Shown here: in pieces, positions 27,710-39,418 of the stretch | Layout: every line of letters starts with the position of its first letter | How positions within the stretch are numbered: the first letter of the stretch is position 1 | NCBI GenBank assembly: GCA_007123055.1 | Contig: SKSJ01000036.1 | Location: forward strand, 1 to 39,418 | Direction: 5' to 3' | Source of the DNA: Wenzhouxiangella sp. | GTDB taxonomy: Bacteria; Pseudomonadota; Gammaproteobacteria; Xanthomonadales; Wenzhouxiangellaceae | Length of the DNA: 39,418 nucleotides | Translations under genes and position numbers: made by a program | The notes under the pieces: model-generated | What the model was told of the DNA's origin: nothing | Seen by the model: the letters and a program-made list of their open reading frames with translations, nothing else | Databases searched by the model: none

Positions 27710-28800
27710 CAGTGAGCCTGGCTGGTCATTTCGGCGAGCAGTTCGGCCTGGTGCGCCTCGATCAGCGGTTCGACCACCGCGTCGATCTCGCCGTCCATGA
27801 TGTTGTCGAGATCGTACAGCGTCAGGCCGATGCGGTGGTCCGTGACCCGGCCCTGCGGAAAGTTGTAGGTGCGAATACGTTCGGAACGATCGCCCGAGCC
27901 GATCTGGAGCTTGCGTTCGGCGGCACGCTCGGAGCGCTGCTGTTCGACCTGCGACTCGAGCAGACGGGCACCGAGCAGGCTCATGGCCCGCGCCCGGTTC
28001 TTGTGCTGCGAACGCTCGTCCTGGCATTCGACCACGATGCCGGTAGGCAGGTGGGTGATGCGGATGGCCGAGTCCGTGGTATTGACATGCTGGCCGCCAG
28101 CGCCGGACGAACGGTAGGTGTCGATGCGCAGATCGTTGGAATTGATGTCTACGCTGTCGACCTCGTCGATCTCCGGCAGGATGGCGACCGTGCATGCCGA
28201 CGTATGGATGCGGCCCTGTGATTCCGTGGCCGGAATACGCTGCACCCGGTGGGTGCCGGATTCGAACTTGAGTCGTGAATAGACACCGCTGCCGATCAAC
28301 CGGGCAACGACCTCGCGGAATCCGCCAGCTTCGCCGTCCTGTGCGGACATGACTTCGACCTTCCAGCCCCTGCGTTCAGCGTACCGGGTATACATGCGCA
28401 GCAGGTCACCGGCAAACAGTGCGGCTTCCTGGCCGCCGGTGCCGGCACGGATCTCGAGAAAGATGTTGCGCTCGTCGTTGGGGTCGCGAGGGAGCAGGAG
28501 CTTCTGCAGCTCGCTTGCCATGCGCGCCTGTTCCCGTTCACCGCTCGTGATTTCTTCCCTGGCCATTTCGCGGAGATCGCTGTCGGCTTCCTGCAGCAGT
28601 TGGCTCGCTTCGTCGACCGCTTCCTCGCTCGCCTGGAACTGGCGCCAGAGCCGGATGATCGGTTCGAGTTCGCCGTATTCTCTCGACAGTTGTTCGAACT
28701 GCCGACGGTCGGCAATCACATCGGGAGTGGCCAGCAGCTGCTCGAGTTCCTCGAATCGCTCGCCGGCTTCTTCGAGACGTGTGCGGATCCCGAAATTCAT
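27709..28800 (-). CDS. prfA: Peptide chain release factor 1
   Basis: GGQ motif, PAT anticodon tripeptide, [10 protein letters not shown]. Confidence 0.98.
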   Translation of the reverse strand: MNFGIRTRLEEAGERFEELEQLLATPDVIADRRQFEQLSREYGELEPIIRLWRQFQASEEAVDEASQLLQEADSDLREMAREEITSGEREQARMASELQKLLLPRDPNDERNIFLEIRAGTGGQEAALFAGDLLRMYTRYAERRGWKVEVMSAQDGEAGGFREVVARLIGSGVYSRLKFESGTHRVQRIPATESQGRIHTSACTVAILPEIDEVDSVDINSNDLRIDTYRSSGAGGQHVNTTDSAIRITHLPTGIVVECQDERSQHKNRARAMSLLGARLLESQVEQQRSERAAERKLQIGSGDRSERIRTYNFPQGRVTDHRIGLTLYDLDNIMDGEIDAVVEPLIEAHQAELLAEMTSQAH

Positions 28801-30053
28801 GAGTCTTCGTCCAGGAAGTAATACCTTGCCGCGGCCAAGAGGTCTTCGTCCGCACTCTCCGCCGCCTGACGCAGCCGAATACTCGGCTCATGCAGCAGTC
28901 GATTGACAAGGCGATGGCTGAAACGCTTGAGTACGTCATCCGGGTCACGGCCATGGGCCAGGTCGGTGCGTGCCTGCTCCAGAAGCTGGTCGCGTTGCGC
29001 GTGGGCACGACGCCGGAGTGACTTGAGTGTGCTGGTCGTTCCCTGCAGTCTCAACCAGCGTTCGAAGGCCGTCACCTCGGCCTCGACGATGGTCGAGGCC
29101 TGCTGCAATGCCTTGAGTCGTTCCTGCTGTGCCGATTCGATGATGGCGTGGAGATCGTCGATTGTATAGAGAAACAGGTCGTCGAGGTCGGCGCTGGCCG
29201 GATCGATGTTGCGTGGCACCGATAGATCCAGTGCAAAGATCGGCCGGTGGCGGCGCCGCCCGAGTGCGGCCTTGAACATGGGCTCGGTGAGGATCGCCGC
29301 CGGACTGGCGGTGCAGGCAATGACCAGGTCGTGCGATCCGAGCAGTTCGGGCAGAGCGTCGAGGGTGTGTGCCTCCGCCCCGAATCGGTCGGCCAGTTGT
29401 CGCGCCCGGTCCTCGCTTCGGTTGGCAATGGTCAGACGGTTTATTCCGGCCTCGTGGTAGTGCGTGGCGCAGTCCTCGATCATTTCGCCAGCGCCGATCA
29501 ACAGTGCGTTGAGGCGATCGAGCGAGCCGAAGATCTGCCGAGCCAGCCTGAGCGATGCGTAGGGCAGGGTGACCGGGTTGCGCCCGATACCCGTTTCGGT
29601 ACGAACCCGCTTGGCGGCGGAGAATGCATGCTGGAACATCCGGTCGAGCCGGCTGTCAAGAGTGCCAGCCTGTTGTGCAGCTTGCCAGGCCTGCTTGGCC
29701 TGGCCGGCCACTTGTGGTTCGCCGATGATCATCGAATCCATGCCCGAGATGACCTTGATCAGGTGATAGGCGCAGGAGGAATGGTCGAGTTGATACAGGT
29801 GTTCGCGTACCTGGCCGGGCCGAAGTTGATGCCATTCGTGCAACCAATCCATCAACTCGCGCGTGATAGTCTGGTCCGACGATATATACAGTTCGGTACG
29901 GTTGCAGGTGCTGAGAATGCTGCATCCGTCGATGCCGGGAACCGCCGACAGCGAGACCAGCGCTTCAGGCAGAGACTCGGCAGCAAATGCCAGCTGCTCC
30001 CGGATACTGATCGGGGCGGTCTGGTGGCTGATTCCCAGGGCAAAGAGAGACAT
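28797..30053 (-). CDS. hemA: Glutamyl-tRNA reductase
   Basis: [33 protein letters not shown]; ATG at 30053. Confidence 0.97.
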   Translation of the reverse strand: MSLFALGISHQTAPISIREQLAFAAESLPEALVSLSAVPGIDGCSILSTCNRTELYISSDQTITRELMDWLHEWHQLRPGQVREHLYQLDHSSCAYHLIKVISGMDSMIIGEPQVAGQAKQAWQAAQQAGTLDSRLDRMFQHAFSAAKRVRTETGIGRNPVTLPYASLRLARQIFGSLDRLNALLIGAGEMIEDCATHYHEAGINRLTIANRSEDRARQLADRFGAEAHTLDALPELLGSHDLVIACTASPAAILTEPMFKAALGRRRHRPIFALDLSVPRNIDPASADLDDLFLYTIDDLHAIIESAQQERLKALQQASTIVEAEVTAFERWLRLQGTTSTLKSLRRRAHAQRDQLLEQARTDLAHGRDPDDVLKRFSHRLVNRLLHEPSIRLRQAAESADEDLLAAARYYFLDEDS

Positions 30054-30066
30054 GCGAGAAAAATTG

Positions 30067-31824
30067 ATGGACAAACGCGCCATTTTCCTACCGGCTGCCG
30101 CACAGTGCAAGCTTCTTGCCGCGGCGCTGTTGTTATCCCTACTTGCGGGCTGCGCCGTCTCGCCTCAAGGGCAGGAGGCCTCGGAACCCGTCGAGCCGGA
30201 ACAGGTAGAAGCAACGCAGGAGGATCGGCTGGCGGGCCTGGATTCGGAGGTCATGTTCCATGTCATGGCTGCCGAGCGGCTGGCCGGCCTCGGTGAGTAC
30301 CGGGATGCCCTGGACCAGTACCTCGAAGCGGCACTCATCGCTGATGACGAAGAACTGGCCCGGCAGGTCGCACGACTGGCCGCTCAGCTGGGTGAATGGG
30401 AGATTGCCCTGGTCGGCGCCGAGCGCTGGCTGGACCTGGCTCCGGAAAGCATGGACGCCACCCAGATTCGCCTTCTGTCCTGGCTCAATTCCGGCCGCCT
30501 GGACGAGGCCGTCGACGGGCTGGTGGAGCTGATTGAAAGTCACGATGACACGCAGCAAGGGTGGCGTCGTGCGACCGTTTTGCTGTCGGCGGCCGATGAC
30601 AACGAACTGGCCGTCGAGGCGATGTCAAGACTGGTCGAACGAACCGGCCGGGATGCGTTGGCACCCGGTGTGCTGCACATGCAAAGCGTCCTGTTCTGGC
30701 AGATCGGCGATCCCGAACGGGCACTGGAGCTGGCGCTCGAAGCGGCGCACGAGAGCGAGGAGCGCAAGTATCGCGTCTGGGCGGCACAGCTTGCCGCCGA
30801 GCAGCAGCAGCTGGAACTGGCACTCGAGCTTTACCGGCTGGCGCGTGCCGACGAACCGGAGTATGTGCCGCTGGCATTGTCGGAATCGGAGGTGTTGCGC
30901 CAGCTCGAGCGCGACGAAGAGGCGATTGAACTGTTGCGGGAGATGCCGTCCGACAGCGATGTGCTCTACACGCTTGGCGTCTACCTGGCCTACATGGAAC
31001 GTCAGGACGAGGGCCGGGAAGTATGGGACAAGTTGGCAGCTCACGAGCCGTCGGAAAAACCGGTCCAGCATTACTTTCTGGTTGCACGTCTTGCGGAACT
31101 TCTTGAGCTCGAGGATGAGGCCTTGAAATGGTATCGAAAGGTCGATGCCGGTCCCAATCGCGACCGTGCCCGCCTGCGTCGGGCCGTTCTGCAGGCACGC
31201 CGCGGTGAACTCGAGGAGGCGCGTGACCAGCTGCACATGGTGCGTGGATCGGATGATCGCCAGTTGCTCGAGCAGGCCTGGCTGGTCGAGGCCGAGTTGC
31301 TGCGGGAAGCCGACAGGGCGGATGAGGCCGTCGAATTGCTCGGTCGCGCATTGCGCGAGTCGCCCAACAGCATACGGCTTCTGTATGCGAGAGGTATCAA
31401 TGCCGTACATGCCGATGATCTCGAGCTGGCCGAGCAGGATTTCCGCCGCATCATCCAGATCGACGGCGACAATGCCATGGCACTGAATGCCTTGGGCTAC
31501 ACGCTCACCGACCGCACCAACCGTCACCAGGAAGCCTATCGTCTGATTCGCAGGGCCATGGAGCTGGAGCCCGACGATCCCGCTGTTCTCGACTCCATGG
31601 GCTGGGTGTATTTCCGGCTGGGACAACCCGCACGGGCGTTGCCATATCTTGAGCGTGCCCTGGAAGGTGAAGACAATCCGGAGATTGCCGCACACGTGAT
31701 CGAAGTGTTGTGGGCGCTCGATCGCCAGTCCGAGGCCCTGGAGCTGCGCGACCGTGCGGTCGCGGAGTGGCCTGACGACGACCGCCTCATCGATACCCTG
31801 GAAAGACTGGAGTTGGGTGAGTGA
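30067..31824 (+). CDS. TPR-repeat lipoprotein (LbcA/PA4667-like)
   Basis: Lipobox LAGC, TPR motifs ALNALGYTL and LDSMGWVYFRLG, conserved position before lolB; alternative start 30052. Confidence 0.88.
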   Translation: MDKRAIFLPAAAQCKLLAAALLLSLLAGCAVSPQGQEASEPVEPEQVEATQEDRLAGLDSEVMFHVMAAERLAGLGEYRDALDQYLEAALIADDEELARQVARLAAQLGEWEIALVGAERWLDLAPESMDATQIRLLSWLNSGRLDEAVDGLVELIESHDDTQQGWRRATVLLSAADDNELAVEAMSRLVERTGRDALAPGVLHMQSVLFWQIGDPERALELALEAAHESEERKYRVWAAQLAAEQQQLELALELYRLARADEPEYVPLALSESEVLRQLERDEEAIELLREMPSDSDVLYTLGVYLAYMERQDEGREVWDKLAAHEPSEKPVQHYFLVARLAELLELEDEALKWYRKVDAGPNRDRARLRRAVLQARRGELEEARDQLHMVRGSDDRQLLEQAWLVEAELLREADRADEAVELLGRALRESPNSIRLLYARGINAVHADDLELAEQDFRRIIQIDGDNAMALNALGYTLTDRTNRHQEAYRLIRRAMELEPDDPAVLDSMGWVYFRLGQPARALPYLERALEGEDNPEIAAHVIEVLWALDRQSEALELRDRAVAEWPDDDRLIDTLERLELGE

Positions 31825-32438
31825 GCGGTTCGACCTCGATCCGCATTGCGCTGCTGGCTGTGCTGTCACTCATTGTCAGTGCCTGCGCGGTGCGTGAACA
31901 AAGGCCGGCAGGATCCTGGATGGACGAACGCCAGGCCTGGTTTGCGGTGCACCCGGTGTGGTCGGTGACCGGGCGGGCGGCAATTCGTGACGGCGAGCGA
32001 GGTGGCCAGGTCGCTTTCGACTGGCAGGCCAGCGGTGATTCTCATCGCGTGCACTTGCGTACAGTCACCGGGGGTCGGCAGTGGGTGCTGGAATTCGAGC
32101 CGGGGTTTGCCGAACTGGAAGGAACCGATGTCGGCCGTATTGTCGGGCCTGAGCCAAACGCACTGGTCGAGGCTGCGGTCGGTTGGGCCATACCCGTGGT
32201 GGAATTGTCCGACTGGATCAGGGGGCTGGTGGCCGAAACGCATGGCGAGGTTGAATTCGCCTCTGACGGTACAGTGAGGCGGGTTTCCCTGGATCCGTGG
32301 GAGTTGTCCTACCACCGATTCGACGAAGTCGACGGCCAGCTGATGCCGGCACGGCTGGAAGCCGAAAGTCCGCCGTACCGCGTGCGTCTGGTGCTGCGTT
32401 CCTGGGAGTGGCAATCGGTCAACGGCCATTTCGATTGA
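31821..32438 (+). CDS. lolB: Outer-membrane lipoprotein insertase LolB
   Basis: Lipobox VSAC, W...GR, F.W, GWAIPV..L..WIRG; conserved synteny. Confidence 0.88.
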   Translation: MSGSTSIRIALLAVLSLIVSACAVREQRPAGSWMDERQAWFAVHPVWSVTGRAAIRDGERGGQVAFDWQASGDSHRVHLRTVTGGRQWVLEFEPGFAELEGTDVGRIVGPEPNALVEAAVGWAIPVVELSDWIRGLVAETHGEVEFASDGTVRRVSLDPWELSYHRFDEVDGQLMPARLEAESPPYRVRLVLRSWEWQSVNGHFD

Positions 32439-32455
32439 TCGATTCGGTCATAGGG

Positions 32456-32484
32456 TTCGCGTCCGGTGACAAAATCGTTATAAT
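32456..32484 (+). promoter_or_regulatory. sigma70 promoter for tRNA-Gln/prs
   Basis: TTCGCG, 17-nt spacer, TATAAT, GC-rich discriminator. Confidence 0.6.
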
Positions 32485-32545
32485 TACCGCCCCGGGAGCG
32501 GCCGGGCCGAATGAACGGCCGCCTCGATGCCCGATCGATTTCTGC

Positions 32546-32622
32546 TGGGACGTCGCCAAGCTGGTTAAGGCACGGGGTTTTGATCCCCGCATTCGCAGGT
32601 TCGAGTCCTGCCGTCCCAGCCA
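32546..32622 (+). tRNA. tRNA-Gln (TTG)
   Basis: TGGGACG/CGTCCCA acceptor stem, CGGGG-TT TTG AT-CCCCG anticodon arm, GGTTCGAGTCC T-arm, GCCA end. Confidence 0.97.
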
Positions 32623-32658
32623 TTTTCTTGCCACGACCAGACCACAACGGGTGCACTC

Positions 32659-33612
32659 TTGACTCACTCCTCGCTGATGGTTTTCGCCGGGAACGCCAAC
32701 CCGGAACTTGCCCACTCCATCGCTGAAAATCTCGGTGTCCCCATGGGACGTGCCAACGTCGGACGCTTCAGCGACGGCGAGGTCATGGTCGAGATCATGG
32801 AAAACGTCCGCGGACGCGACGTTTACCTGGTTCAGCCGACCTGTCAGCCCACGGCCGATAATTTCATGGAGTTGCTGGTGATGATCGACGCGCTGGCGCG
32901 TGCGTCCGCCGCCCGTGTCACCGCCATCATTCCGTACTTCGGCTACGCCCGTCAGGACCGTCGCCCGCGTTCGTCACGGGTGCCGATCACGGCCAAGGTG
33001 GCCGCCCGCATGATCAGCGTTGCGGGGACCGACCGCGTCGTCACCGTCGACCTTCACGCCGACCAGATTCAGGGTTTCTTCGATATCCCGGTTGATAACG
33101 TCTATGCCTCGCCGTTGACTCTAGCCGATATCTGGAAGCACTACACCTCCGACGAGATCATCGTCGTCTCGCCCGATGTCGGCGGGGTGGTGCGCGCCCG
33201 TGCCATCGCCAAGCGGCTCGATGCCGATCTCGCCATTATCGACAAGCGTCGTCCGCGCGCCAATGAAGCCACGGTCATGAATCTCATCGGCGACGTGGAG
33301 GGCAAGATCTGCGTGCTGGTCGATGACATGATCGATACCGCCGGCACCCTGTGTTCGGCAGCCGGCGCGCTGAAGGACAAGGGCGCCCGCAAAGTGGTTG
33401 CCTACTGCGTGCATCCCGTACTGTCGGGTCCGGCCATCGACAACATCAGCAATTCCAGGATCGACGAGATCGTCGTCACCGACACCATTCCCCTGAGCCA
33501 GCAAGCCATAGATTGCGGTCGCATCCGCCAGCTGTCCGTGGCCCAGATGCTGGCCGAAACCATCCGCCGCATGTCGGAAGGCGAATCGGTCAGTTCGCTT
33601 TATGTCGACTGA
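32659..33612 (+). CDS. prs: Ribose-phosphate pyrophosphokinase
   Basis: [36 protein letters not shown]; start may be 32677. Confidence 0.98.
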   Translation: MTHSSLMVFAGNANPELAHSIAENLGVPMGRANVGRFSDGEVMVEIMENVRGRDVYLVQPTCQPTADNFMELLVMIDALARASAARVTAIIPYFGYARQDRRPRSSRVPITAKVAARMISVAGTDRVVTVDLHADQIQGFFDIPVDNVYASPLTLADIWKHYTSDEIIVVSPDVGGVVRARAIAKRLDADLAIIDKRRPRANEATVMNLIGDVEGKICVLVDDMIDTAGTLCSAAGALKDKGARKVVAYCVHPVLSGPAIDNISNSRIDEIVVTDTIPLSQQAIDCGRIRQLSVAQMLAETIRRMSEGESVSSLYVD

Positions 33613-33634
33613 AGGGTCGCGTCTGACGACGCGA

Positions 33635-33706
33635 CCGTAAAAGGTGGAAAGGTAAAAGGTGAAAGGAGGGCAACGCCTTTTTCCTTTCACCTTTTACCTT
33701 TCACGG
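33635..33706. repeat. Inverted repeat built from tandem ~7-nt AAAGGTR units; probable bidirectional terminator
   Basis: 33647-33667 is the exact reverse complement of 33682-33702 (21 bp); lies between the convergent prs and YfcC genes. Confidence 0.85.
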
Positions 33707-33708
33707 CT

Positions 33709-35091
33709 CTACACATACCCAATCCACACCGCCACCATCAGCGCCAGTGCACCCAGCGCGAACAGCTTCACGATCAGCGGAAACATGAAGCGGAACCAGC
33801 GATCGTAGGGGATGCCGGCCAGGCCGATGATGCCCATCAGTACGGGGTTGGTCGGCACGATCATGTTCATGAAGCCGTCTCCGAACTGGAAGGCCAGCAC
33901 GGAGACCTGGCGGCTCACACCTACCAGGTCGCCGATCGGCGCCATCAGTGGCATGGTGACGAAGGCCTGCCCGCTGCCGGAGGGGATGAACAGGTTGAGT
34001 ACGCTCTGGATGAACAGCATGCCCACGGCAGAGAGTTCGGCCGGCACCATCGATAGCGGCGTGGCCAGCGCGTTGACGATGGTGTGCAGTACCAGTCCAT
34101 CTTCCAGCAGCAGCGCGATGGATCGGGCGAAACCGATCAGGATGGCGGTGCCGGCCAGCTCGGCCGCGCCGCGGGTGAAGGAGTCGGCAATACCGTCGAG
34201 CTTGAGCCCTCCGATCAGGCCGGCAATGATGGCCAGCACCAGGAATACGGCCCCCAGTTCCACCAGGTACCAGTCGAATAGGGCAATGCCGATCACCAGT
34301 GCGACCAACGCACCCAGCGTGGCCAGCAGGACGAGTTGACGGCGACCGTCGAGCGGGGGTTGTTCGGTCGGTTGCGGTGGCTGTGCAGCCTCGATATCCG
34401 CCACCAGACTGTTGGCCGGGTCGGCCTGCACCCGGCGCGCATAGCGCCAGACGTGATGAAAGCCGACGGCGAAGAACGGAACCCACAGCGAGAGTCGATA
34501 CCACATGCCCGAACCGGGCTGCAGTTCGGCGACCTCCTGGGCCACCAGCAGGGTGAACGGATTGATCACGGCCACGCCATAGCCGATACCGTAGCCAACC
34601 ACCATGATGCCGATGGCGGTGACGGTATCCATTCGCATGGCCACGCACAGGGCGATGAGGATGGCCGCGAAGGGAATGTACTCCTCTGCCATGCCCAGTG
34701 TGGCCGAGGCGATGCCGAATGCGAGCATGCCGACGAGTATCAGCGCCGAGGGCAGGTTGCCGAAACGGGCGATAATGCGGTCGAGCAGGGCATCGATGGC
34801 ACCGGTCTGCCGGATCACGGCCAGTGCGCCGCCAATGATGAGCACGAAGAAGATGATGCCCTGGGCATCGGCCAGCGCCCGGGGGACCACGGTGAACAGC
34901 GCCCAGGGCGAAAGCGTGGGCGCCTCCTCGTCCATGGTCTCGAAGGTGCCGGGCACCACCATCTCGCGGCCGGTATCGGTGAGTTCGGTATCGAAGCTGC
35001 CGGCCGGCAGGATCCAGGTCAGGGCCAGTGCCACGACCATCATGGCGAACATCAGTACCAGCGTGTGCGGCACGCGAAACGTCTTGGACAT
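33709..35091 (-). CDS. YfcC/DcuC-like membrane transporter
   Basis: [41 protein letters not shown]; ATG at 35091. Confidence 0.9.
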   Translation of the reverse strand: MSKTFRVPHTLVLMFAMMVVALALTWILPAGSFDTELTDTGREMVVPGTFETMDEEAPTLSPWALFTVVPRALADAQGIIFFVLIIGGALAVIRQTGAIDALLDRIIARFGNLPSALILVGMLAFGIASATLGMAEEYIPFAAILIALCVAMRMDTVTAIGIMVVGYGIGYGVAVINPFTLLVAQEVAELQPGSGMWYRLSLWVPFFAVGFHHVWRYARRVQADPANSLVADIEAAQPPQPTEQPPLDGRRQLVLLATLGALVALVIGIALFDWYLVELGAVFLVLAIIAGLIGGLKLDGIADSFTRGAAELAGTAILIGFARSIALLLEDGLVLHTIVNALATPLSMVPAELSAVGMLFIQSVLNLFIPSGSGQAFVTMPLMAPIGDLVGVSRQVSVLAFQFGDGFMNMIVPTNPVLMGIIGLAGIPYDRWFRFMFPLIVKLFALGALALMVAVWIGYV

Positions 35092-35229
35092 GTGTCGTGT
35101 TCTCCCTCGAAACCCGGTCGCAGGCGGGACGTGGACAGGCAGAGCCGCGCCCCGAGGCGCGTTATTGTGGCAGAAGGCGACCGCGAATGCATGCCGCCGG
35201 CCAGCGGCCGGCAGCAAAGTGGGTACTGA

Positions 35230-37020
<1,791 letters not shown>

Positions 37021-37094
37021 GGCAATGGTGTCCTCTCGGTCTCAACATACGGGTGCGTATGGGGTAGCATAACACGTTCCCTGTCCTTGCCGAT

Positions 37095-37108
37095 TTGACA
37101 GGAGTCAA
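37095..37108. promoter_or_regulatory. FNR/Anr-like palindromic site
   Basis: TTGAC-AGGA-GTCAA versus the consensus TTGAT-N4-ATCAA. Confidence 0.55.
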
Positions 37109-37171
37109 TGATATGCTGGTGCCCCTGACCAACAATTCCCAGCAATCTGAAGCGAGAACGCGGAGCGAGCC

Positions 37172-37645
37172 ATGAATCAATCGGACATCCTTCGGCACAT
37201 GTCGGAACAGAACTTCTTTTCCGACCTGTCGGAAAAACACATGGAGTGGCTGGCTGGGCAGGCGGTCGAGACCCGTTTCGAGGCCGATCAGCTCGTCGCC
37301 CGTCAGGGTGAGCGTGCCGATCGTTTCTTTCTGTTGCTGGAGGGTAGCCTGGGGGTGGAAATTCCGGCGATTGCCGGACCGAAACTGGAAGTCACGCAGC
37401 TCGGACCGGGCCAGATTTTTGGTTGGTCATGGCTGATCCGGCCGTACAAATGGCATTTCAATGCACGAGCGCTCGAGTCGACCCGTGTGCTGGATTTCGA
37501 CGGCAAGGCGATTCTCGAGCACTGCGAGGAGGATCCGGCATTCGGTTACGCGCTGTTCAAGCTGTTCTCCTACCTGATGGCAACCCGACTCGAGTCGGCC
37601 CAGCGAACCATGATGGATCAGTGGGCGCCGGCCGGTCTGCCCTGA
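37172..37645 (+). CDS. Stand-alone cyclic-nucleotide-binding (Crp-like sensory) domain protein
   Basis: ARQGERADRFFLLLEG and LGPGQIFGWSWL..PY.WHF.ARA; no HTH domain. Confidence 0.88.
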   Translation: MNQSDILRHMSEQNFFSDLSEKHMEWLAGQAVETRFEADQLVARQGERADRFFLLLEGSLGVEIPAIAGPKLEVTQLGPGQIFGWSWLIRPYKWHFNARALESTRVLDFDGKAILEHCEEDPAFGYALFKLFSYLMATRLESAQRTMMDQWAPAGLP

Positions 37646-37674
37646 CCGGCGCCCCTGTTTTCCCGGCCGGGTGA

Positions 37675-38868
37675 TCAGGCGGCTTTTGAGCGGCCGCCAC
37701 GCGCCGATGCGAGTGCCTGATCGAGATCGGACCACAGGTCCTCGACCTCTTCCAGCCCGACCGACAGGCGCAGCAATCCTTCCCGAATACCGCAACCCTT
37801 GCGATCGCTTTCACTCACCACCCTGTGGGTCAGCCCTGCCGGGTGCTGGATCAGCGTATCAACCGATCCCAGGCTGACGGCCGGTGTCATCAGCTTGACG
37901 CGTGAGATGACTTCGGCTGCACTGGCGTAGCCGCCGGCGACATCGAACGACAACACACAACCCGGCCCATCCATCTGCCGCCCGAGCAGGCCGTCGGCGT
38001 TCTCGCCGTCCAGGCCCGGGTAATACACGCGCTCGACTCGGGGATCCTCGTTCAGCCGCCTGGCCAGTTCGCCGGCCACGGTCTGGGCGCGCTCAATGCG
38101 GAGCTTGAGTGTGGGCAGGCTGCGGTGCAGCAGGTAGGCCGCCCAGGGGTGGAGCAGGGCGCCGGTCGCCACACGCACCTGGCGCAGTTTCGCTGCCCAC
38201 GCTTCGGAGCAGGCCATGATGCCGGCGATCACGTCTCCATGACCGCCCAGAAACTTGGTCGCGCTGTGCATCACCATGGCCGCCCCGTGCTCGATCGGAC
38301 GTTGCAGGACCGGGGTCGCGAAAGTCGAGTCGACGATGACCGGCACGTCCCCGGCCTGGGCGACGACATCGGCGATGTCGATCAACTCGAGGGTGGGATT
38401 GCCGGGGGTCTCGATCAGTACGAATGCCGTGTCGGCCTTGATCGCGTTGGCGATGGCGTGCGGTTCCACCCAGCTGATTTCATTGCCCAGCAGTTCGCTG
38501 GTCAGCAGGTGGTCGGTGGTGCCATAGATCGGCCGCACCGCCACGATGTGGTTGCCGCGCTCGCGCGTGGCCAGAACCGCGGCGGTTAGAGCGGCCATGC
38601 CGGAGCTGAAGGCCACCGCGGCCTCCGCGCCCTCTGTGGCGGCCAGCGCCTTCTCGTAACGCGCTACGCCAGGGTTGAAAAGCCTGGCGTAGACCGGGTT
38701 GTCGGCTTCGGCGCGGCCGGCGACCAGGTCATCGAGGCTTTGCGTGCCCTGTTCCAGACTGGTGACGGGGTAGGTGGTGGACATGTCCAGCGGCAGGGCG
38801 TGAACACCCAGTTCGCGGAGGTCCTCCCGACCGGCGTGAACGCCGAGCGTGTGATCGAGCTTGTCCAT
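37675..38868 (-). CDS. PLP-dependent trans-sulfuration enzyme (methionine gamma-lyase / cystathionine gamma-synthase family)
   Basis: [53 protein letters not shown]. Confidence 0.93.
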   Translation of the reverse strand: MDKLDHTLGVHAGREDLRELGVHALPLDMSTTYPVTSLEQGTQSLDDLVAGRAEADNPVYARLFNPGVARYEKALAATEGAEAAVAFSSGMAALTAAVLATRERGNHIVAVRPIYGTTDHLLTSELLGNEISWVEPHAIANAIKADTAFVLIETPGNPTLELIDIADVVAQAGDVPVIVDSTFATPVLQRPIEHGAAMVMHSATKFLGGHGDVIAGIMACSEAWAAKLRQVRVATGALLHPWAAYLLHRSLPTLKLRIERAQTVAGELARRLNEDPRVERVYYPGLDGENADGLLGRQMDGPGCVLSFDVAGGYASAAEVISRVKLMTPAVSLGSVDTLIQHPAGLTHRVVSESDRKGCGIREGLLRLSVGLEEVEDLWSDLDQALASARGGRSKAA

Positions 38869-38934
38869 GAAAGACTCCTCAAGGGGTTGACTTGAGGCTC
38901 ATTCTAGAATCATATTAGGCAAATATGTATGAAT

Positions 38935-38949
38935 CAGAATATAATTCTA
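38935..38949. promoter_or_regulatory. Lrp/AsnC-type operator
   Basis: CAGAATATAATTCTA matches the Lrp consensus YAGHAWATTWTDCTR at 14/15; AT-rich divergent intergenic region. Confidence 0.55.
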
Positions 38950-38960
38950 GGATTCAGAAA

Positions 38961-39418
38961 ATGAGAGAATTAGATGCAAAAGATGTCGAGATTATCCGCT
39001 TGCTGCGGAAGAATGCTCGGCTCTCCAACAAGGAACTGGCAGCCGAAGTCGGACTGGCGCCGTCGAGTTGCCTGGAGCGGGTGCGCCGGTTGCGCATGTC
39101 CCGGGTGTTGACCGGTTACCACGCCGATATCGACCCGGATGCGCTCGGTATCGGTTTACAGGCCATGGTGGCGGTGCGTCTGGCGCGTCATGCGCGTGCG
39201 GGGGTGGAGTCGTTCGAGCGTCATCTCGAGTCGTTGAGCGAAGTGGTGACGATATTTCATGTCGCCGGGGCCAATGACTACCTGGTTCACGTGGCGGTCA
39301 GCGATTCGGCTCACCTTCGCGAACTGGCTCTGTCGGCGTTTACCGAGCGCCCCGAGGTCGCCCATATCGAAACCCAGCTCATATTCCGCCACCGTCGCAA
39401 TTATGAACTGCCGGTGTA
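38961..39418 (+). CDS. Lrp/AsnC family transcriptional regulator (runs to the window end)
   Basis: Manual translation: MRELDAKDVEIIRLLRKNARLSNKELAAEVGLAPSSCLERVRRL...HVAGANDYL; absent from the ORF track because no stop is visible. Confidence 0.93.
   Translation, partial: MRELDAKDVEIIRLLRKNARLSNKELAAEVGLAPSSCLERVRRLRMSRVLTGYHADIDPDALGIGLQAMVAVRLARHARAGVESFERHLESLSEVVTIFHVAGANDYLVHVAVSDSAHLRELALSAFTERPEVAHIETQLIFRHRRNYELPV

Noticed and set aside
35192-35217. GC hairpin between the acyl-CoA dehydrogenase and YfcC genes
   Set aside because: No U-tract and only one copy in the window; cannot be called a terminator or REP.

Overview
GC-rich gammaproteobacterial chromosomal window; gene content and order suggest a Chromatiales/Wenzhouxiangella-like organism, which is inference only. 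It is mostly core genes: a korC-like/korA/korB 2-oxoacid oxidoreductase operon plus a GNAT, a degenerate GGDEF-EAL protein, tRNA-Ser(GCT), a PmtA-like methyltransferase, a beta-barrel gene with mgtE, rpsF-rpsR-rplI-dnaB-alr-miaB-phoH-ybeY-corC, a DUF4105/Lnb-like protein, cydABDC, hemA-prfA-yjbQ, TPR-lolB-tRNA-Gln-prs, YfcC, an acyl-CoA dehydrogenase, a cNMP-binding protein, a Met gamma-lyase-like enzyme and an Lrp regulator. No transposase, integrase, prophage or CRISPR array was seen. The most unusual region is 7194-7764. There an intact tRNA-Ser is flanked downstream by an RtT-like tRNA-linked repeat and upstream by a near-complete second tRNA-Ser copy that carries the same multi-hairpin cassette inside its T-loop; most of the cassette's loops are GNA triloops. 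Other highlights are a consensus promoter driving a ~290-nt structured leader with a uORF ahead of the barrel-mgtE pair, an Lnb-like gene near the position where lnt normally lies, and the absence of ispE from the lolB-prs locus.
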